DNA from: Ostreococcus lucimarinus
Lineage: Eukaryota
Length of the DNA stretch: 64,000 nucleotides
Assembly: GCA_000092065.1 (NCBI GenBank)
Contig: CP000587.1
Direction: 5' to 3' (one strand)
Part shown: one piece after another, positions 17,612-27,155 of the stretch
Numbering within the stretch: the stretch's first letter is position 1
How the letters are laid out: every line of letters begins with the position of its first letter
Translations under genes and position numbers: made by a program
The notes under the pieces: generated by a model
What the model was told of the DNA's origin: nothing
What the model saw: the letters and a program-made list of their open reading frames with translations, nothing else
The model's database searches: none

Positions 17612-18586
17612 CGCGCGCTCGCCGCGCGCGGGCGCGTCGCGCGCGACCGTCGCGCGCGCGCGACGACGCGACGCGACGGTTTATCCATCGGCGCGGCGAC
17701 GACGACGCCGCGCGCGCGCGCGGCGTCGACGACGCGCGTCTCGAGCGCGCGCGCGCGCGCGACGGTCGTCGTGAGCGCGCGCGCGAGGTCGCGAACGACG
17801 GCGCGCGCGGCGGAGGGCGCGGCGGCGGCGCCGAGCCCGAGCGGCGCCGAGGGTAAGGCTGGGTTCGACTTGGGCGCGCGCGTCAGAGCGATCGCGTTCT
17901 TCGTCACGTCCTTCTCTCTCGCCGTGCCGCTGATATGCATCATGGCGATGCTGTTTCCGCTGTGCTGGGTGTTCGATCGCACGCGGAGGAGCGCGCTGAG
18001 CTTTTGTAACGACGTGTGGGCGACGGTGTCGACGGCGCTCTTCTTCCCAATCGTCGTGGAGGGACGGGAACACCTGCCGCGTCACGATGAGGCGGCGGTG
18101 TACGTCGCGAATCACGCGTCGTTTATGGACATTTACTCGATGTTTCATCTGCGACGGCCGTTTAAGTTTATCTCGAAGACGAGCAACTTTTTGATTCCCG
18201 TCGTCGGGTGGTCGATGTTTCTCACGGGGCACGTACCGTTGAAGCGCATGGAGCGTCGCTCGCAGATGGAGACGCTGAAGAAGTGTCGGGAGATGCTCGC
18301 CGATGGGGGTTCGGTGTTATTCTTTCCCGAAGGCACGCGAAGCGCGACTGGGAAGATGGCGGCGTTTAAAAAGGGCGCGTTTAGCGTCGCCGCCAAGGAA
18401 AACGTGCCAGTCATCCCCGTCACCATCGTCGGCGCCCACGAAGCCATGGCGAGCGGGAAGGAGTACGAGTTGCACAACGCCGGCATCAAGGTCATCGTGC
18501 ACCCGCGAATACAATCCACCGACGCCGACGATCTGTGTGCGCGTTCGGAAAAGATCATCAAGGAGGCGCTCGTGAACAACTCGTGA
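17570..18586 (+). CDS. 1-acyl-sn-glycerol-3-phosphate acyltransferase (LPAAT/PlsC family), with an Ala/Thr/Arg-rich organellar transit peptide
   Basis: Acyltransferase motifs (VANHASFMDI = NHxxxxD box; FPEGTRS; VPVIPVTIVG). ATG at 17570. The upstream part of the track ORF from 17105 is low-complexity and starts at a non-ATG codon. Confidence 0.8.
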
Positions 18587-18819
18587 GCGGACGACGCGTC
18601 CGCGACTCGACGACGAGCGCCCCGATTCACCTTTCCCTCGCGCGCGGCGAGGGCGCCAAAATTGTAATACATCAAAAAGCCGTAGTAGGCGTCGAGCGCG
18701 CGCGCCGAGCGCCGCGCGCTGCGCGCCGTCGCCTTCGCGGGCGTCCCGCCTCGCGTCTCGTCGCCGCCGCGCGCGTCCGCAGACGCGGTCGCGCGCGCGA
18801 GGCGCCGCGTCGTCGCGAC

Positions 18820-20541
18820 ATGCCGCTCCCGCTCGATGTCACCGCGCGCGTCGCCGTCGCGCGCGCCGTCTCGGACGTCGACGCGCGCGCCGTCGTCGCG
18901 TTCGCCCTCGCGTTCGCCCTCGTCGTCGCCCTCGTCGTCGTCGCGCGCGCGCGGCGCGTCCTCGCGCGCGCGAACGTCGCCGCCGTGCGCTGGCGACCAA
19001 AGTTCTTGTGGCGGTTGTACCAGCGAAGCGCGCGGTCGCTGCTTCGGCGGGTGGAGGACAGGTTCTCGAGGACGGCGCGCGACGGCGGCGGCTCGGGACG
19101 ACGCGCGTTCGGCGCCGTCGTCGGCGCGTGCCCGTTCGTGCACGTGGGAGAAGCGAAATTGGCGAGGGACGTGCTTCGAGGAACGACGGTGAAATCGCCG
19201 CTGTATCACGCGTTCGAGGCGTTTTCGGGGACGGGGATATTCACCGCCGAGGGCGAGGATTGGGAAGGGAAGCGCGGCGAGGTGTTGCGGGCGTTTCACG
19301 CGGTTGGATTGCAGGCGTTGAGAGATCGCGCGGTGGAAGAAAGCGCGAGAATCGTTCGTGGGATGAAGCTAGAGCTCGAGCGGGGCGGGACGAGGGAGAT
19401 GGAGACGCTCGCGTTGCCGACGCTTCAGCGCTTGGCGTTGCGAGTGACGTTCGGGTATCTCACGGGGAATTCTCTCGCCGAGGCGTGCGCCGAGGTGGGA
19501 CGCGCGCAGGCGGACGTGGAGTCCGAGTATTTAGCCGCCGCGACGACGTTGAGGCATTTGATTCCCGCGCGCGCGCGGAGCATTTGGATATTTAGTGATT
19601 TTTTATACGGGTTGACACCGGTGGGTCGGCTCGAGGCGAAAAATATTAGGACGACCCGCATGTTGTCGAGCTTGGCGCTGCGAACGGCGAAGAAAGACTC
19701 TCCGCTCGGGATGTTACGAGGAGGTGAGATGCATCTGCGCGAACGAGCGGTTCGCGTCGGCGACGACGAGTTCCCCAAGGGACTCCTCGACGAGACGACG
19801 ACGCTTTTGTTCGCCGGTCACGACACGCAGAGCGCGACGTTATCTTGGGGTCTTCTGCGGCTCGTAGACAACGAGAAAATTCAGAACGAATTGCGCGTGA
19901 GTTTATTTGACGATGTGATCGTCGAAGCGTTGGGTCTACCGTCGAAGCGTCGGAAAAAACGCGCGTCGTCAGACGGTAAAAAAGCGGCGTGGGCCACGTC
20001 CGCGTTCGCTCCGATGCTCGAATCCGTGATTCGGGAGACGCTTCGTCTGCACCCAGTAGCGCCGCTCGTCGTGCGTATGCTTTCGGCAGACGTTAGTAGC
20101 GCCGAGATGACGATCCCGAAAGGTTGTGCGGTGGGCGTGTGGCTGAGTTCGGTGCACCGCGACGACGCGGTGTGGGATCGACCGGAGGAGTTCGACCCAA
20201 AGCGATGGACTGCAACTTCGCACGCGCGAACGGGTTCGACGGGTAGTTTCACGGAAGATAGCGAAGAAGATTCGAGTCTGGGGCCGGCATCAGGTAAGCC
20301 CGCGAGCGGGCTCAAGCATAAGGGCGTCGGGTACATGCCGTTCGCGTACGGTCCTCGTTCGTGCGTCGGGCAACACTTAGCTCAAGTCACGATGCGCGTC
20401 GCGCTCGCGCATCTCATCGAGGCGTTCGAGTTCGCGCCGAGCGCGGACGTTGACGCGTCGACACCGTCTGTGGGTTTCACGGTCACGCCGAGCACGGGCG
20501 CACCCTTACGAATTCGACTGGCGACGAAAATTGATCCATAG
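18820..20541 (+). CDS. Cytochrome P450 monooxygenase
   Basis: FAGHDTQSATLSWG (I-helix AGxDTT-like), ETLRLHP (K-helix ExxR), PFAYGPRSCVGQHLA (heme-binding FxxGxRxCxG). ATG at 18820 followed by a hydrophobic membrane anchor (VVAFALAFALVVALVVVA). Confidence 0.85.
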   Translation: MPLPLDVTARVAVARAVSDVDARAVVAFALAFALVVALVVVARARRVLARANVAAVRWRPKFLWRLYQRSARSLLRRVEDRFSRTARDGGGSGRRAFGAVVGACPFVHVGEAKLARDVLRGTTVKSPLYHAFEAFSGTGIFTAEGEDWEGKRGEVLRAFHAVGLQALRDRAVEESARIVRGMKLELERGGTREMETLALPTLQRLALRVTFGYLTGNSLAEACAEVGRAQADVESEYLAAATTLRHLIPARARSIWIFSDFLYGLTPVGRLEAKNIRTTRMLSSLALRTAKKDSPLGMLRGGEMHLRERAVRVGDDEFPKGLLDETTTLLFAGHDTQSATLSWGLLRLVDNEKIQNELRVSLFDDVIVEALGLPSKRRKKRASSDGKKAAWATSAFAPMLESVIRETLRLHPVAPLVVRMLSADVSSAEMTIPKGCAVGVWLSSVHRDDAVWDRPEEFDPKRWTATSHARTGSTGSFTEDSEEDSSLGPASGKPASGLKHKGVGYMPFAYGPRSCVGQHLAQVTMRVALAHLIEAFEFAPSADVDASTPSVGFTVTPSTGAPLRIRLATKIDP

Positions 20542-20670
20542 CGCGGCACTAGTAGCAAAAACAATTCTTTCCATAAAATTAATACTTGTTTAACACGAAA
20601 CCACACGCTCACGAGCGGTCCCATCGCGCGCGCGCTAAGTTGCTACGCTAAATGCACCAGAACGACGCCA

Positions 20671-21225
20671 TCAATCCCATTTCGTCTCGAATCCCGCGGC
20701 CGTCAATCGTCTGCGAAGCTCTAACGCCCGCTTCGGCGTCGTCGGATACAACGCCGTGTGTTCGTCGATGTCCACGTAACTCACCCCAGCCTCATCCGCG
20801 ACGGCTTTTGCGTCGTGATAACGCACGCGACTCTTCAACTCTTGACTCATCCGTCCATCGCCGTACTTCGCGTCGCCCGCGCGCGGCACCTTCCAGTTGC
20901 CCACGAGATACCACCTTTGCTCGCCTTGATCCTCCGCGTAGTACAAATCGCTCACGTCGATCCCGCGCGCGGCGCAATCCTCGAGCGCTCGATCGACGTC
21001 CGATCCCTGTTTCGCCTTCCCCAGCCCCAGCGCGGCGACGCGCGCGCCAAAGACGATGAAACCGGCTTTGATGCCCGAGTCGAGCGTCACGATTTCGGAT
21101 AATCCGGAGGATTCAACCGCGCGTCGCGGCGCGCACACCGCGCGTCGACCGCGCGATGCGACGCGGTTCGACGACGCGCGACCGCACGCGAGTTCGCGCG
21201 CGTTGGCGCACCGCGCGGACGCCAT
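20671..21225 (-). CDS. Hypothetical protein (no family recognised); start unresolved
   Basis: ORF-track start is TTG, and the first in-frame ATG is about 125 codons in. GC3-rich coding-like composition. Tightly packed between the P450 gene and CCDC25. Confidence 0.35.
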   Translation of the reverse strand: MASARCANARELACGRASSNRVASRGRRAVCAPRRAVESSGLSEIVTLDSGIKAGFIVFGARVAALGLGKAKQGSDVDRALEDCAARGIDVSDLYYAEDQGEQRWYLVGNWKVPRAGDAKYGDGRMSQELKSRVRYHDAKAVADEAGVSYVDIDEHTALYPTTPKRALELRRRLTAAGFETKWD

Positions 21226-21269
21226 GACGCCACAATCTGACGCATCGCGTCGCGCCCATCCGTCCCCGC

Positions 21270-21926
21270 ATGGTGCTGTACTACACCCCCGCGGACGCGG
21301 CGACGACGGGGCACGTCATCTACGTCGGCAGGGACAAGGTGGAGAACGAGGACTTGATAAAATATGGCCTCGAGCACGACGTGTGGTTTCACGTCGATAA
21401 GCTCTCGAGCGCGCACGTGTACCTGAGGATGCGACCGGGACAGACGATGGATGACATCACTGCCGAAGAGTTGCGCGACTGCGCGCAGCTCGTCAAGGCG
21501 AATTCGATCGCGGGGAACAAACAGAACGATTTGCACGTGATTTACACGCCGTGGGGGAATCTGCTGAAGCGAGGGGACATGGACGTCGGACAGGTGTCGT
21601 TCAAGGATGAGTCGAACGCGCTCGTGCGGCGGGTCAAGGTGAAGACGCGCGATAACGAAATCGTGAACCGATTGAATAAGACGAAGGTGGAGGCGTATCC
21701 GGACTTGCACGCGGAGCGGGAGGCTTTCGAGGAGAGCGTGCGACAGGCGAAGAAGGAGGCGTATAGGATCGAGGAGGCGAAGCGATTGGAGGAGGAGCGC
21801 GCGAGAAAAGCCGACATCGAAGCGCGAGACTACAAGCACATCATGGTCGACGAAAAGATGAAATCTAACAAGGAAATGGCGAAGAAGTACGAATCTTACG
21901 AGGATGCCGAGGATGACTTCATGTAG
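21270..21926 (+). CDS. CCDC25: Coiled-coil domain-containing protein 25 (CCDC25/Jlp2; NFACT-R/DUF814 domain)
   Basis: Strong colinear match to CCDC25 (YTPADAATTGHVIYVGRDKVENEDLIKYG..DVWFHVDKLSSAHVYLRM..LVKANSI..YTPWGNLLKRGDMDVGQVSF..LNKTKVE). Confidence 0.85.
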   Translation: MVLYYTPADAATTGHVIYVGRDKVENEDLIKYGLEHDVWFHVDKLSSAHVYLRMRPGQTMDDITAEELRDCAQLVKANSIAGNKQNDLHVIYTPWGNLLKRGDMDVGQVSFKDESNALVRRVKVKTRDNEIVNRLNKTKVEAYPDLHAEREAFEESVRQAKKEAYRIEEAKRLEEERARKADIEARDYKHIMVDEKMKSNKEMAKKYESYEDAEDDFM

Positions 21927-22113
21927 GTAGCGTAGCTTTTTAATTTTTCAGTATGTCTCATAACACTCGATATTTCACTTTGTGCGCGAACCGGGCTAAT
22001 GGATGGCTCTGAAAAGCGAGAGCGCACGAGTTTGGATTTAATGCACGTGCAGTAGGACAGCGGAACTGGCCGCTCTGTCGCGAAGCTTCATCTCTACTAT
22101 GGAGGCTTGCACC

Positions 22114-23355
22114 TTAGATGAGATCGGCGACGTTGGAGGGAAGTTCCTCGATGACCGTTTGGTAGAAACGTTGGATGTCTTGGAGGAGACGTTCGTCTTC
22201 GGCGGTAACAAAGTTGATGGAAACACCCTTACGACCGAAACGACCGGAACGACCGATACGGTGAAGGTAGTTTTCGGGTTGCGTGGGCAAGTCATAGTTG
22301 ATGACCAAGGAAACTTGCTGGACGTCGATACCACGGGCGAGTAAATCGGTGGTGATCAACACGCGGGAAGAACCAGAGCGGAACTCGCGCATAATGACGT
22401 CACGAGTGTTTTGGTCCATGTCACCGTGCGTGGCGGAGACGGTGAAATCGCGGGCTCGCATGTTATCCGTGAGCCAGTCGACCTTGCGGCGGGTGTTGGC
22501 GAAGATGACGGACTGCGTAATCGCGAGCGTCTCGTACAAGTCGCACAACGTGTCCAACTTCCATTGTTCCTTGTCGACGTTGACGTAGAACTGCTTGATA
22601 CCTTCAAGGGTGAGCTCATCACGCTTGACCAAAATGCGCACCGGCTTGGTCATGAACTTGCGCGTGATCTCGAGCGCTTCCGGCGGGAGCGTCGCGGAGA
22701 AAACACCAACTTGCACCTTCGGCGGGAGCAAGGTGAAAATGTCGTAAATTTGATCCTTGAAACCGCGGGAAAGCATTTCATCGGCTTCATCGAGAGCGAA
22801 AATCTTGATAGAATCGCTCTTCAACGCGCGTCGACGAAGCATATCGTACACCCGACCCGGGGTACCGACGATGACGTGCACACCGGCTTGAAGGATGCGG
22901 GTGTCTTCGCGGACGGAGGTACCACCGACGCACGCGTGGCACTTGACTTGAAGGTAGTCGCCCAAGGCGCGCATAACCTTTTCAATCTGCTGCGCCAACT
23001 CGCGGGTCGGCGCCAAAACGAGCGCTTGGCACTCGTGAACGGAGTAATCCAAGCTTTGCAAGATACCAGCGCAGAAAGTCGCCGTCTTACCCGTACCGGA
23101 TTGCGCTTGCTGAATGACGTCGAAGCCCTTCGAAAACGGCACGATGCCCCGTTGCTGAATAGCAGACGGCTTTTCGAAACCATACGCGTAGATCCCGCGC
23201 AACAAGTTCTCTTGCAAGTTCATCGTATCGAACGTTTCGTGCACCTCGGTCCACTCCGTGATGCCACCCTCTCCGTTCTCATCCTGGTCATCCTTGAGGA
23301 GTTCCTCCATGCCGCGATCGTAGTTCGCGTCGTCGAATCCGCCTTCTCCAGACAT
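22114..23355 (-). CDS. EIF4A: Eukaryotic translation initiation factor 4A (DEAD-box RNA helicase)
   Basis: ATG at 23355-23353. Full set of eIF4A/DEAD motifs ([53 protein letters not shown]). Confidence 0.95.
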   Translation of the reverse strand: MSGEGGFDDANYDRGMEELLKDDQDENGEGGITEWTEVHETFDTMNLQENLLRGIYAYGFEKPSAIQQRGIVPFSKGFDVIQQAQSGTGKTATFCAGILQSLDYSVHECQALVLAPTRELAQQIEKVMRALGDYLQVKCHACVGGTSVREDTRILQAGVHVIVGTPGRVYDMLRRRALKSDSIKIFALDEADEMLSRGFKDQIYDIFTLLPPKVQVGVFSATLPPEALEITRKFMTKPVRILVKRDELTLEGIKQFYVNVDKEQWKLDTLCDLYETLAITQSVIFANTRRKVDWLTDNMRARDFTVSATHGDMDQNTRDVIMREFRSGSSRVLITTDLLARGIDVQQVSLVINYDLPTQPENYLHRIGRSGRFGRKGVSINFVTAEDERLLQDIQRFYQTVIEELPSNVADLI

Positions 23356-23958
23356 GATTTATGCGTTTCTTTCGTGTGCTGTCGATCGAGTACGTCACGG
23401 ACACCGTCAGTCTTCATTCACCGCGTCTTCATCCCCCCCCCCCAGCCGTCGTTCGACGCCCCGCGTCCGAGACCTCGATCGCTAAGATTGACTCCGATGG
23501 AATCCATCCCGCGGCGGCGCCATCGCCGCCATCGCATTCGCCCCGTCGACGCCGTCACCGATCGCGCCTCGCCGCCGTCGACGCCGCGCGACGATCGCGA
23601 AATCCACTCCCGATCGTTCGCCGCGCGAGCGCGCGCGAACGTCCGATCGCGCGCGCGCGATCGCGCGCATTCGCGACGCGCCGCCGCATCGCGATGCGAT
23701 GCGCGGATTCGCGCGCATCTTCTCGCGTCTTCGCGCGTCGCGCGACGCGGTCGCGGTCGCGCGCGCGCGCGTCCGCGCGCGATCGAAATCGACGAACCTT
23801 TTGTGGGTGCGTTAGGGTGCGGTCGTGCGTTTCAAACGCGACTGTGTGCGGTCGTCGCGTCGCGCGCAGGGCTTGCGCGCGCGGGCGATAAGACGCAGAT
23901 TTCGCGCCTCGTTATTTAGGGTTTATGTTGATACATGTATTTTGTGTTTATATATGTA

Positions 23959-24789
23959 ATGTCGGCGACCGCGACGACGCGACGACGCGCGCGCGCGCGC
24001 ACACGCCCGCGCGCGCGCGACGCGTCGAGCGATCGCGAGCGCGCGATGTCGGCGTCGCGTTCGACGTTCGCGACCGGCGCGACGCGCGGGATCGCGCGCG
24101 CGGACGCGCGGCGAAGGCGGACGGGGACGGGGACGGGACGCGCGAGGACGACGACGACGCGCGCGCTGTTCACGGGATTGGTCCAGGGGAAGGCGCGCGT
24201 GGAGTCGTTTGAAAATTTGAACGATGAGTTCGCGCGGTTGACGCTGCGGTTCCCGGGGAACGCGCTCGAGGGGATCTCGCTCGGGGCGTCGGTGGCGGTG
24301 AACGGGACGTGCCTGACGGTGACGGCGGTCGACGGGGACGCGGCGAGCTTTGATTTGATCGTCGAGACGCTCAGGGCGACGAATTTGGGGAAGTTGATCG
24401 TGGGGTCGGAGGTGAATTACGAGCGGAGCGCGCGCGTGGGAGACGAGATCGGGGGTCACACGGTGAGCGGACACGTGCACTGCACGGCGGAAATCGTGGA
24501 GGTGGTCGATAGCGAACACAATCGAAAGGTGGTGTTCGAGACGAGCGATCGGGCGCTGATAAAGTACGTGTTGCCCAAGGGATTCATCGCCATCGATGGG
24601 TGCAGTCTGACCGTGGGGGACGTGGACAAGGCGACGGGGCGATTCAACGTTTGGCTCATCCCGGAGACGCTGCGCGTCACGGTGTTCGGCGCGAAGTCCA
24701 TCGGCGACACCGTCAACGTGGAGATTGAGTCGCAGACGCAAGTCATCGTGGACACGATCGAACGGTACATGACCGAAAGAGGGCTCTAG
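23959..24789 (+). CDS. RIBC: Riboflavin synthase alpha chain with N-terminal Arg/Ala/Thr-rich (plastid-type) transit peptide
   Basis: Two lumazine-binding repeats (LFTGLVQGKARV..GISLGASVAVNGTCLTV and VSGHVHCTAEIVEV..GFIAIDGCSLTV). ATG at 23959. The track start at 23935 adds only MYFVFIYV from an AT-rich leader. Confidence 0.85.
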   Translation: MSATATTRRRARARTRPRARDASSDRERAMSASRSTFATGATRGIARADARRRRTGTGTGRARTTTTRALFTGLVQGKARVESFENLNDEFARLTLRFPGNALEGISLGASVAVNGTCLTVTAVDGDAASFDLIVETLRATNLGKLIVGSEVNYERSARVGDEIGGHTVSGHVHCTAEIVEVVDSEHNRKVVFETSDRALIKYVLPKGFIAIDGCSLTVGDVDKATGRFNVWLIPETLRVTVFGAKSIGDTVNVEIESQTQVIVDTIERYMTERGL

Positions 24790-24904
24790 ATGCTAATTTT
24801 TTAGATGTATTAAAACAACAACCATATGCCAGACTTATTTCTTGAAAATTTTTCCTTCTCTATTCCGAGGCGAGACTTGCAAAGGTGCCCTCGCGTAACG
24901 CGTA

Positions 24905-26623
24905 TCATAGGATACCCTTCATGTAACGCACGCCGCACGCGTTGCACAACGTCTTCTTACCCTCGGGTCCCATGCGCCACTGCGGCGTTTTAACGGTCCC
25001 ACAGTGCAAGCAACCTCGACGCATCTTCTTGCCGTTGGCCATGACGTAGACGTCGGTGGCGCACACGCCCTTGTCCTTTTTAATCTTCTTGTACGCCTTG
25101 GCGCGGCGACCACGCCCATCCGGACGGCGCTTACGCTTCGTCGTCGAGCCCGCGATGAGCTTGGGCGACTTCTTCGCGCTGTGAGCGACGAGATCGGCGT
25201 CGGAATCTTCGCTATCCGTCAACCCTCGATGGTTCGCGCTATCCTCGACGTTGGCGCGTTCGCTCGACGACGGCGTCACGAGAGCGCTGGAGACGCGAAA
25301 GACGCGCCCATCCGCGGCGGTGGCGAAATGTTCCTGGAACTCGTACGCCGATTCATCCGCCATCGCGCTGCAATCTTGCCCGCTAAAATCATCCTCTTCC
25401 TCGTCGCCACACAGCAGCGCGCTCTTCACCGCAAAGTCGATGGCTGGCTCGCGCGCGTCTCGCGCGAGCGCCCGCGCCTCGCGCCTCGCCGCGAAAGCCT
25501 CGGGTTCGGTGATAAAATCCACCGGCGCATCAACGGTGCGCATGAACTCATCTTCATCATCGAGCAAAAAAGAGCTACTCTCGCGCATGGCTTTAGTAAA
25601 CCGATGCGCGTCGCCCTCGTCCTCGTCCTCGTCTTCGTTATCGCTCACGCCATCCTCGACGTCCCCGTTCGGACGCTCGAGCCACTCCGGCGCGATGTAC
25701 GGCACCGAATGCGCGCCGCCGTACGCGAAACAATCCATCTCATCCTCCTTACACGTCATGATATCCCCCCCCACGCTCGGCAAAGAGTTGAGCACCTCCC
25801 AAGCGTAATCGCGCGCCGGCGCGCGCGCCTCGACTTCGTCCCACGCGCGCGCGAGCGCGTCCCAATCATCCGCCGCCGCCCGCCCCTCGCGCGCCTCGCG
25901 CGTTGCCGCCGCTCTCACCGCGTCGCCCTCGCGCCCGCCGTCGATCGTCGCGCGCTTCTCGCCCTCGCCCTCGCCCTCGTCGCCGCTCGCGAAATCAACC
26001 CGAAACAAATCCTCCAGCGCGAAATCTCGGGTGCTCGGTTTCGCGCCCAAAAAGTCGCCAGGTGCCGCGCGCGCGCGCGCGTGCCCACCCATCGCGCGCG
26101 CGCCCGTCGTCGCCCGCGCGCGCCGCGCGATCGCGCGATCGCGCGCGAACGACGTTAAATGTGCGCCCTCCGCGCGCGCCCTCGCGCGCGCCCTCGCGCG
26201 CGCCGTCGTCGCGTCCTCGCCCGCGCCGACGCGCGCGACGCGCGCGGTCGCGACGCGCGCGCGGTCAACGCCCGCGCCGACGCGCGCGCCGCGCCCTCGC
26301 GCGCCCGATCGCGCCGCGCGCGCGACGCGCGCGCGCGCGATATTCTTCCCCATCGCCCGCGCCCCGCCCGACCCCGCGCTCGCGCGCGCGCGCGTCGCCG
26401 TCGCGCCCCGATCGTCGACGACGACGTCGCCGCGACGCCGTAAAGGCGTTTTCGTCGTCGCGCGCGATCGCGCGGGCCGTCGCGCGCGCGTCGCCACCAT
26501 CGCGCGCGCGGCGAGCGTCGTCGCGCGCGAGAAAACCCTCGTCGCGGCGCGCGTCGCGAGCGCGTCGCGAACGCGCCGTCGTCGTCGCGCGTCGAGGTGT
26601 GCGACGCGCGCGCGCTTCGACAT
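24905..26623 (-). CDS. GATA-type zinc-finger transcription factor (C-x2-C-x18-C-x2-C plant-type finger at the C-terminus)
   Basis: C-terminal [33 protein letters not shown] plus an upstream basic stretch. ATG at 26623-26621. The N-terminal ~200 aa are Ala/Arg low-complexity, so the true start is uncertain. Confidence 0.7.
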   Translation of the reverse strand: MSKRARVAHLDARRRRRVRDALATRAATRVFSRATTLAARAMVATRARRPARSRATTKTPLRRRGDVVVDDRGATATRARASAGSGGARAMGKNIARARVARAARSGARGRGARVGAGVDRARVATARVARVGAGEDATTARARARARARAEGAHLTSFARDRAIARRARATTGARAMGGHARARAAPGDFLGAKPSTRDFALEDLFRVDFASGDEGEGEGEKRATIDGGREGDAVRAAATREAREGRAAADDWDALARAWDEVEARAPARDYAWEVLNSLPSVGGDIMTCKEDEMDCFAYGGAHSVPYIAPEWLERPNGDVEDGVSDNEDEDEDEGDAHRFTKAMRESSSFLLDDEDEFMRTVDAPVDFITEPEAFAARREARALARDAREPAIDFAVKSALLCGDEEEDDFSGQDCSAMADESAYEFQEHFATAADGRVFRVSSALVTPSSSERANVEDSANHRGLTDSEDSDADLVAHSAKKSPKLIAGSTTKRKRRPDGRGRRAKAYKKIKKDKGVCATDVYVMANGKKMRRGCLHCGTVKTPQWRMGPEGKKTLCNACGVRYMKGIL

Positions 26624-27155
26624 CCGTCATCGTCCGACCGGCACGCGCGCGCCGAGCACGCGCCGGAGGTTTTCCGCGTGCGGGGACTCGCGACGAGTCA
26701 CGACTCGAGAGGCCCACGCGCGCGCGCGACCGATCGACCGGGTGTACTTTTTCGCGCGCGCGCGTTTCGGCGGGAAAACGAGATTCCGTAGTGCGGCGTT
26801 CGCGAGCGCCATGTATCTTTCGCGCGTCCCGTCGCGCGGCGCGCGCGCGCGCGAAACCGAAACGTCGTTCGCGGCGTCGGTCGCGGGCGTTCGCCGGTGG
26901 AGGGCGTTCGCCGGTGGAGGGCGTTTCGGCGCGCGCGGCGCCGCGCGATCGCGCGCGATCGACTCGAGTGCGCGGCGCGCCGACGCGACGAACGCGCGAC
27001 GCGCGACGCGCGAGCGACGGCGACGCGCGACGACGCGCGACGCGCGACGTCAGGGCGCGCGACGACGCGCGGGCGCGACGCGCGCGACGACGACGACGAC
27101 GACGACGACGGCGTGATCCGCGAACGTGACGGGACGCGGCGTCGGGGCGCGCGCG

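Noticed and set aside
23911-23925. Telomere (TTTAGGG) repeat
   Set aside because: Only a single TTTAGGG unit is present, not an array. I interpreted it as a telobox-type promoter motif instead.
26031-27116. Possible coding function of the extremely Ala/Arg-rich ORFs around 25900-27130 on the plus strand
   Set aside because: They overlap the low-complexity N-terminus of the minus-strand GATA gene and the GC-rich divergent promoter. (GCGCGA/CGACGA)n-type simple sequence explains them.
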